The notes under the pieces: generated by a model | What the model saw: only the letters and a program-made list of their open reading frames with translations | Told to the model about the DNA's origin: nothing | Databases searched by the model: none | Shown here: piece after piece, positions 11,160-20,000 of the stretch | Layout: each line of letters starts with the position of its first letter | How positions within the stretch are numbered: position 1 is the first letter of the stretch | Made by a program: the position numbers and the translations under genes | Origin: Seison nebaliae | Lineage: Eukaryota | Direction: 5' to 3' | DNA length: 20,000 bases | NCBI GenBank assembly: GCA_023231475.1 | Contig: JALJEE010001331.1 | Coordinates: 56,604-76,603, forward strand

Positions 11160-11963
11160 TTATTTTTATTCTTTACTCACATTACAATCAATATCAATAT
11201 TTTCTAACTAATCTTATAAGCTTATTCATCTGAAATCAGGTAAAGTCAAATTTAACACTGGGAATAAAACATTCAAAAGTTTACTATAGATGTTATTTAG
11301 TAAACGATTATAAGTAAAAGAAAATAAATTAAATTCGTTCAAATGAACTTATTTTATGAGTAAGAAGTTTTCATGTAATGTATTGAATCGAAAAAGAAAA
11401 TGAATCACAGGAAAGAGAATTTCCCAAAAAAAATTTTGAATATTTAATTTATGATGAAATTTAATCTAGAATATTCTATTTTAAGCCTTCTCACTATATA
11501 AGTACATTTCCCACTCAATTTCTACATTGAGTATCGGAAAAACTTTTTTAACGTTCGTGAGAAGAAGTTCTTAGTAGTTTATAATTAAATTTTTGAAAAT
11601 TTTGAATTATTTCGAACTTTTCTGCATTTGTAATGTTAATTTAAATTATAGACGTGTGTTTTTTATTATTGCCATGTACCATGTGTATTTATAATCGAAA
11701 TATATATTCAAGGATAAGTGTCACTTTCCTATTTTTCAAATATTATATTTGTTATTGTGAGAAGAAAGATTTGCAAATATGTATGAAAGAGAAGAATAAT
11801 CTAGATTCTAGAAGGATAATGAATAAATTATGAGAAAATAATAGTAATGTACTAAGCTTTAATTTCTTTTGTAGCCAACAGAGATAAGTGAAAACTTTTG
11901 AAGAATTGCTTTGGAAAACGATTCTTTTCGCAATCATATTGAAATTTATTAAGATATTAGCCA

Positions 11964-14900
11964 ATGACTAATTCTGTTGATACGACTTCCAACAAGAATA
12001 AAAATAATTGTCACAATAACAGTCCTGATTTTTCGAACGAGAATATTTCGCAATTAAAGAGGAAAATAGATTTGGCAGAAATTTCGAAAGATTCAACTAT
12101 AAATAGCAACATCAAAACGAATTCGAATAATTCCGATTCAAAGAAAATTAAATTGTCTCTAAAAAGTTTATTCTTTTTTTTCAAATTGTTTCTTTTTATA
12201 TCTTCTCTTATATCTTTCGTTAAATCTTCATAACACTTAGCGGATAAGATTGACATGAAGAAATTAAATTTAGAAACAGAAATTAATGGAACGACGACTA
12301 CGGCAACTGATTCTGCAATCGGAGTTAGTAAGAATCATTTTCTCTTTTTTTTTTCATTGTTCAAGTGAAATAATCAAAAAATTGTTTGGATTTTTCACAA
12401 AAAAAATTCAAAAAAAATTGCGCATTTATTTCATTCATTCTTTTATTACCCATAAAAGAAGTTAAATGCCTGAGAATAGTCGATGGACTTTAAAGAAAAA
12501 GGTAGACAAATTATTTGGAGTCTATCCTAAAAATAATCCAGTCTACAATTTTATTCATTTTTTTTCAAAATTCTCTTTAGAATCCAAATCCTGCCGATGG
12601 TGCAGCTCAAGAAATTGATTATGATTTGTATTCTAGACAAGTGTTAGAACTATTTGTCTTCTAATTAAATTATGTTAATAATCTATTTTCTCAAAATAAT
12701 TCCACAGTTATGTATTGGGAGATGATGCCATGCGATCGATGGCTGGTGCCGATATTATGATCTGTGGAATGAATGGATTAGGCGTAGAGATTGCTAAGAA
12801 TTTGGTGTTGGCCGGTGTACATCGTGTTACACTATATGATAATTCAAGATTAACCATGTCTCAATTGTCGTCAAATGTTAATTTTTTCAAATATTATTTT
12901 CAAAATTAAATTTATGAATTGTTTAGTATTTTGGGAGTGTGGAACAAGTTGGACAAACTGCTGCGACTGTTGCCCAAAAGAAATTGAAAGAATTAAATGA
13001 ATATGTCACTGTCGATGTTCTTCAGAACGAACTGACATCAGCAGTATTGAAAACATATCAGATTGTTATTATTGTATCGAAATCATTAGAGTTATGTCAA
13101 GCCATGAACGACATGTGTCGTGCAGAAGATGTAAAATTCATGATGGTAGACACGAAGGGATTAACAGGGCAGTTGTTTGTCGATTTCGGAAGGAACTTTA
13201 TCATTAAAGATACAGATGGAGAACAAGCGATTATCAATCAAATTTCCATGATATCTCAAGAAGAGGAAGGTATTATAACAGTTGTGGATGATACGAGACA
13301 TGGCTACGAAGATGGAACTTATGTGGAATTTTCGGAAATACAAGGAATGGAAAAATTGAATGAACAGGCACCGATGCCAATTAAAGTGTTGGGTCCCTAC
13401 AGTTTCTCCATTTCCGATACTCGATATTATGATAAATATATTTCGGGTGGTTTGGTCAAATCAGTGAAACGACCGAAAGAAATTTCAATGAAAATGTTAA
13501 AAGAATCATTAGAAGAACCTGAATTTTTGATTAGCGATTATGCGAAAATGGATCGACCAGCTGATTTGCACGTCATCTTCAGATCGATGAATGATTATTT
13601 TGTGGAGAAAGCATCGTTACCTCGTCCGTGGAATGAAGAAGATGCAAATCGTTTTTATGAAATCGCCAAAACATATAAGGAAGATGTCAATGAGAAATTG
13701 ACAAAGATATTCTCTTATACGTCTCGTGGAGATTTAAGTCCGATTCAATCCATATTTGGTTCAATTGCTGCACAAGAAGCAATCAAAGGAACAACTGGTA
13801 AATATACGCCAATAAATCAGTGGCTCTATTTTGATGCTTATGAATGTCTCCCAAATAATCTCGATACTAAATTAGATGAAAATAATTGTCAAGCGATGGA
13901 CAATCGTTATGATGGTGAGACGATGGTATTCGGAAATGAATTTGTAAAAAAATTGAACAATCAGAAATATTTCGTGATTGGAGCGGGTGCAATTGGATGT
14001 GAAATGTTAAAGAATTTCGCCATGATGGGAATTGGTTGTGGTGAGGATGGTAATATTGTGGTGACTGATATGGATACGATTAGTCGATCGAATTTGAATA
14101 GACAATTTTTGTTCCGTCCATGGGACATTTCGAAATCGAAGAGTGAATGTGCGGCAAGAGCAATTAAAGAAATGAATCCGAATGTAAATATTGAACCGCA
14201 ATTAAATAAAGTTGGACCGGAAACGGAAAATGTTTACACGGAAAAATTTTTCAATTCATTAAATGCGATTACAAATGCTTTAGATAATGTGGAAGCAAGA
14301 TTATATGTTGATCGTCGATGTATCTTTTCAAAGAAACCATTAATCGATTCGGGAACATTGGGAACGAAAGGAAATGTTCAAGTGATTATTCCTCATATTA
14401 CTGAGTCGTATGGATCATCTCAGGATCCACCTGAAAAATCAATTCCGATGTGCACCGTCAAAAATTTCCCATCAGCCATTGAACATTGTATCCAATGGGC
14501 GAGAGAACGATTCGAATCATTATTCTATACACCTGCTGTTCTGGGATCATTATTCATTGATGATCAAGTGAAATGTATGGAAACGATAAGTTCAGGTGCT
14601 GGTTCTAAACCTTTGGAAGATATAAAATGTCTTAAAGAGACATTATTGAATGATGTACCTAAGAATTTTGATGATTGTGTCACATGGGCAAGATTGAAAT
14701 GGGAGGAAGATTATAATAATTCAATTCGACAACTTTTATTTAATTTCCCCACAGAACAACGAACTCAACAAGGTGCACCATTCTGGTCAGCACCAAAACG
14801 ATGTCCACATGAATTACATTATGATGCGAAAGATGAATTACATCTTAATTACATTTATCATGCTGCCGCTTTACGAGCTGATATGTATGGTCTCACTGTT

Positions 14901-15840
14901 CCACCAAAGAACGATGAAGAATTGAATGTGATAATTAAAGATATTCTCATTCCAGAATTCAAACCAGCTTCTGGCATCAAAATTGCTGTAGATGATACTG
15001 AACTGAAAAATCAAGTGGACAATAGCGATTCTGAACAATTATCCTCGTTGACCAGTGAATTAATTGCGAAAATAAGTAAAGGCAAAATGAAACTGAATGC
15101 AATAGAATTCGAGAAAGATGATGACAAGAACCATCATATGGATTTCATTGTCGCTTGTTCTAATTTGAGAGCGACCAATTATTCGATTGAAACAGCCGAC
15201 AAACATAAGACAAAAATGATTGCTGGTAAAATTATTCCAGCGATGGCAACCACAACATCTTTAGTCGTTGGATTAGCATGTTTAGAAGTTTATAAAATTG
15301 CACAAGGTTTACAAGATATTGAACAATATCGTAATTCTTTCCTTAATCTTGCTCTACCGTACATTGGTATGAGTGAACCGATCGGAGCACCGAAAAAGAA
15401 GGTTTCTATTTTATTTTTAAATTTTATTTCTTTTATTTCTCTCAATTTTTAAAAGTATGGTGAAGAAGAATGGACATTATGGGACCGAATTGAAATCGAT
15501 GGAGAGATCACTTTGGGAGAATTCATTGATCACATCGAAGATAAATGCAAAGTGAAAATTCAAATGATTAGTTGTGATGTCTTCATGATCTTTGGATTCT
15601 TCCAGAATAAATCTTTATTAGAAGAGAGATTAGCTACACCGTTTGATTTTCATTCACTTATCTTAATGTAATGTAATATTATTTGAAATTTCTAGTATCA
15701 CTCAATTGGTACAAACGATTGGTAAGAAGCCAATCGAACCACATGTTCATTCGTTAGTGATGGAAGTTTGTGCGATTGATTTGGAAGAGAACGACGTCGA
15801 TCTACCATACATCAAATATAATTTACCGAAACAAAAGTAA
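11964..15840 (+). CDS. UBA1: Ubiquitin-activating enzyme E1, ~1106 aa
   Basis: Motifs IDYDLYSRQVYVLG, GLGVEIAKNLVLAGV, GAGAIGCEMLKN, SNLNRQFLFRPWD, catalytic PEKSIPMCTVKNFP (Cys codon 14451-14453), FEKDDDKNHHMDFI, IAGKIIPAMATTT, EWTLWDR and C-terminal DVDLPYIKY. Exons: 11964-12165, 12241-12323, 12581-12642, 12708-12876, 12927-15401, 15456-15640, 15696-15840. The first two exons are less certain. Confidence 0.96.
12459..12550 (+). ncRNA. Possible intronic structured RNA (H/ACA-like) in the only long intron
   Basis: Weak hairpin 12459-12490, an ANANNA-type AGAAAA at 12494-12499, a hairpin 12502-12546 (gtagac/gtctac, attattt/aaataat, gga/tcc), then ACA at 12545-12547. Confidence 0.2.
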
Positions 15841-16189
15841 AAAGAAAAAAGTTTCATTGAATGAGTGAACATTAGGAGAAAATTTACTTAAATTACAAAT
15901 TTGAATTATTTCATTAACAATTTCACTCATAATAATGGAAAACCTGCTTTTCTCATTATCATTAACATATATTGTCGTGAATATTTTTTAATTAATATAA
16001 ATTATATTTCCTTTTTCCCAATTCATCCATTATCCTTAATTCAACTCATAAGTTATGATATCAATTCATTATGAGAGCTTATGAAATAAACTCATAAATA
16101 TTTCACAATAATTGCACAACGGAAAAATTATTAAAATTTTTCATGTTATTAGATAATTGGAGAAGTTTTGTGAAAAAAGAGATTAAACA

Positions 16190-17017
16190 ATGTTCAAAGG
16201 AATATTGAACAATTCAGGACAAAAATTACGAGATATTCTGCAAGCGATTAAGGATACGGTGACGGAAGCTCCGTTCGAATTTAAGAACAATGGAATCCGA
16301 ATTCAAGCGATGGATACTGCTCATGTAATGTTGGTTGACGTGGATATTCTATCAGATTTCTTTGATGAATTTAAGAACGATCAAGAACATGTTATCGGTC
16401 TGAATATGCAATCGTTGTGGAAAATTTTGAGTTGTGGAAACGGTTCAACTAAATGTGAATTATCTCATAAAATGGATGATGATGCTTTACATGTTACTTT
16501 CGATTTACCCGATAATCGGATGGCTGAATATGAATTGAAGTTTTTCATTCGACATCGAAAGAATTATTTTATAAAATGATTTTGTAGATTGATGGATTTA
16601 GAACCGTTTGGATATGATATGAAACCTTATACCAAATATTGTGAAATGGAATTAAGTACATTGGAATTGTTGCAGTTATGCCGAAATTTGTCAAATATGA
16701 ATTCGGATAATATAAAAGTGAAAGCGACGAAAAGTAAAGGTCTTCAATTTCATTGTAAAGGAGAATTGAGCAAAGCAACATTATCTTATAATTCCAACAT
16801 TCATTTCGAACAATTAAATGAATATCATGGCACATTCTCTCTCAAATATATATCGGCTACGACTAAAAGTCAGAGTATTAGTTCATCAGTTCGTCTTTGC
16901 TTCTCAGAAATGTTATGTATCACATATCGTTTTGAGAATGGAATGAAAGGATCATTAAAATTTTTCATTGCACCGAAAATTGTCGATGATGACGACGATG
17001 ATGATGGTGAGAAATAA
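16190..17017 (+). CDS. PCNA: Proliferating cell nuclear antigen (sliding clamp), divergent, 259 aa
   Basis: Motifs GIRIQAMDTAHVMLV, GLNMQSLWKILSC, YELKLMDL (across intron 16540-16587), TFSLKYI and GSLKFFIAPKIVDD. Exons 16190-16539 and 16588-17017. Confidence 0.92.
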
Positions 17018-17088
17018 TCTCCGATTATCATAATAATTATTCACTTATTTATTCACTTATTAAATTTTTTTTATTCTTCGCAAATAAT

Positions 17089-18857
17089 TCATTCCTTTCT
17101 TCCCATATGTAATAAATATGAGGCAAGTACTTTCGTTCCATTCATATAGTTAGAAATGTTCAATTTCTCATTTTGGGAATGAGCTCCGTCGTCGCTTGAT
17201 CCCATTGGCAATAGCATGACATTCTTCCCAGTTAATTGTTGGAAAATCAATGTTATGGGAATACTTCCACCTTCTCTTGTCATATCAGGCATTTTATTAA
17301 AAACACTTTTTACTGCTTCTATACCAGACACATAATTGAAATTATTGATATCAGCCACCCACCACTTTCCAGCATGACCCATATTAACTCTAAAAAATAA
17401 GTGAAAGTGAAAAGAATAAATAATTTAAAGAAACTTCACTTCATTGGGACTATTCAAATCTTTTATAACTTTTTCACAATGTTTCTTCACTTTCTCTTCC
17501 ACATCATCCGGCTCCATATCTGGTACTATTCTTAAGGAAAATTTTCCCGTAACTTTAGCCGGAATAACGGTCTTAGAACCGTCACCAGAGAAAGCTCCCT
17601 GGATACCTTTTGTAATTTAGTTCCCTCATTCAAACTTTCAAAATAAATCAAACCATGAAGCGATAACGATGGTTCTCGCCATCTGCTTTGTAAAGTTTTT
17701 TTCTTATTGTTTTTATGTTGAGCGTGTTTACATCCGATATCAGTCTCATATTCTTTCAAATCGAAATCTAAATTGTCATAAAGTTTATCTTCTTTCTCTT
17801 TCAATGCCGATACCTAACATAATTAGTCAATTAGAATATTGGACATGTAAATAAAATACCTGGTCATAAATTCCTTCGACCTTAATTTTACCTGTGTTCG
17901 GATCAAGTAATGACGCCATAATATGAATCAAGTCCGTCATGCCTTCATGACTGAAGTGCAAATGATTATTATATATTAAATTATTAATAAAATAATTAAC
18001 ACACTGCCACCATAAATTCCTGAATGTAAATCAGCTTTTGCACAGACGACTTCAACAAAAAAATAACAAATCCCACGAAGACCATAAGTAATACAGGGTG
18101 TCTTCTTCCCTAGCCAATAATTGTCAGATATGACAACATAATCAACGTCCTAAATTATTCACTAGAACAATTTCACCAACATACAAAACAAACTTTTAAA
18201 AATTTATCTTTCTCAGATATCAGAATTTCTTCCAATCCTTCCGAACCACTTTCTTCCATTCCTTCAAACACAAATTTTAGATTAACTGGAATATCCATTT
18301 TTTGTTGGTGAATTACTTCAATTGCATTGATCCATCCGATTACTGGACCTTTGTCATCGGTCGATCCCCTACCGAACATTTTCCCATTTTTTATGATTAA
18401 TTTGAATGGATCTGTATCCCAACCGTCTTCCTTATTGGCTGGTTGTACATCTAAATGACCATAAATCAATATAGTCTCAGCATCAACTTTCTTCGATTTC
18501 AAAGTTCCAAATAATACGGGAGGCAATGGAATTTCTTTACCTTCACTCAATTTCTGCATTCCATTTTCCTTGAGTTCCGTCTCTGCACCAACACCTTCTA
18601 ATAACTATGACAATCTAAAGTAAAATAAGAATTTTCAAGAAAGGGGTAACTTTTTTGGTAAAATTTATCATCTCTATAATGTCTCCTCGTTTTTCTGGCC
18701 ATGCTGAGACGGATGGGATGGCAACTGAATCGGCTAATCTCTTTATAAAGCTTTCTTCTTTCTCATCGATCGCTCTTAAAAATTGATTAGTTACCGAGAA
18801 ATTAAGGAAAAGAAATTCTTACTTAAAAAGAGAATTTAATTGTTGTTGGAAAGACAT
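17089..18857 (-). CDS. CNDP2: Cytosolic non-specific dipeptidase (M20A metallopeptidase), 480 aa
   Basis: Motifs [88 protein letters not shown] and [10 protein letters not shown]. Exons: 18857-18823, 18774-18651, 18604-18194, 18149-18001, 17950-17860, 17813-17654, 17606-17435, 17389-17089. Confidence 0.96.
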
Positions 18858-19233
18858 GTTAAATCTATTTTGTAAATAAATGTAAGAGAACGTTATGCCA
18901 AATGGAAATATTATGAAAATACTAAACATTTGCCGCTGTTTAATTTTCTCTTCTAACGTAAGTTAGTTGTTTGAAATTAAATAGAAATTTTATATCTTAT
19001 GATTCATATGTTAGCTGAAAAGTAAATATATTTATAACCTTCTATTTATTAGAATGTTTAACGGATTCTCTTCAACTATATTTCGGTAAAGTTCAAATAA
19101 CTTCTATTTACTTACTTTTTCAAAACAACGGATTCGTTATTAATTAAATTAACCGAATAATTAAAATTTTTATTTTGTCCATTGAGCTTATTGTACGTAA
19201 CGTATTCTGGTATCCTCTTATACAACTAACAGA

Positions 19234-19564
19234 TTAAATTCTGTTGTGTGATCGGATACATGTTAGAAATGGAAGATCGTCATGATCATAATCCATGACG
19301 AAGTGAATCTATTGAATATATCCTATGTTTATCCTATTGAAATGATGGCCACAAACATGCTTTGTAAAACTTAGCGCAGCCATGTGAAAATCATCTGTTA
19401 AACTGATCTGTTGACGTTCAAGAAGCAGTCCTTTATTCATCCTAATTTCTTTGGTAATTAAATCATAAATATGCTTATTTACTTCTTCCCTATTCAGTGG
19501 CGAATTCCTAATAACTTTAACGCTTCTGTATTTCTTTTGCATTCAAAAAACGTTCTAGAAACAT
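19234..19564 (-). other. Possible degenerate coding remnant (77-aa ORF with disrupted flanks)
   Basis: The ORF 19542-19309 has more coding-like composition than its flanks and contains HVCGHHF. It is preceded by an in-frame TGA and followed by about 24 open codons after its TAG. No homology recognised. Confidence 0.2.
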
Positions 19565-20000
19565 TTTTCTAAACTAACCACCTGAGGAATAAAATACATT
19601 ATATTATGTCATATGTGTCGCTCATATTTTCAATTATCGAAACGAAATCGTTTGATAGAATCGTAGTGAATAATGATGAGTAAAAGAATCGATAATCTAT
19701 GACAGAATATATGAGAGATTTTCGTCAACTAGATGGAGTAGTATATTCATTTTCCTAAGAAGATTAGAAGAATGGATAACTAATAACAATGATATGAATA
19801 ATGGTATTACCTATTATATATTTTTTATTTTTTTTTTTTTTATTTTAAGACGCGGAATTCCCATAGGGTAAAGCGTAAAGAAAATCAATAAGAGAAGAAA
19901 AATTGTTGCTGGAAATAAACTCACGACCACGAGACAACCCATCCCTCATATGAATAGGAATAAATGATTCGAGATTAAAATTGCTTACGAGTCCTTCCAA

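Noticed and set aside
1..20000. Alternative genetic code, programmed frameshifting, non-GT-AG introns, or prokaryotic features (CRISPR, operons)
   Set aside because: All ORF breaks are explained by in-frame GT-AG micro-introns with standard stops. No repeat-spacer array, tRNA or rRNA was seen.

Overview
This is an AT-rich, gene-dense window from a compact animal genome, read with the standard genetic code. I spliced six genes by hand, checking frame at every junction: a SOGA/MTCL-family coiled-coil protein (+, probably 5'-partial), an SLC3A2/4F2hc-like heavy chain (-), an orphan ubiquitin-like-domain protein with a Cys/Pro-rich RSPx-repeat tail (+), UBA1 E1 enzyme (+), a divergent PCNA (+) and CNDP2 dipeptidase (-). 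The most striking signal is the splice-site code. Of 26 reconstructed introns (25 are 42-75 nt, one is 257 nt), at least 22 begin GTT rather than GTR, most lack +5 G, and 6 end in AAG. The only two GTAAG donors are the first coding introns of their genes, which suggests a modified or two-class 5' splice-site recognition system. Intergenic DNA holds a ~300 bp inverted-repeat element, a 57-bp perfect-hairpin element with hAT-like ends, and a recent, internally deleted copy of the SLC3A2 3' end. The host lineage cannot be determined from this window beyond Metazoa.
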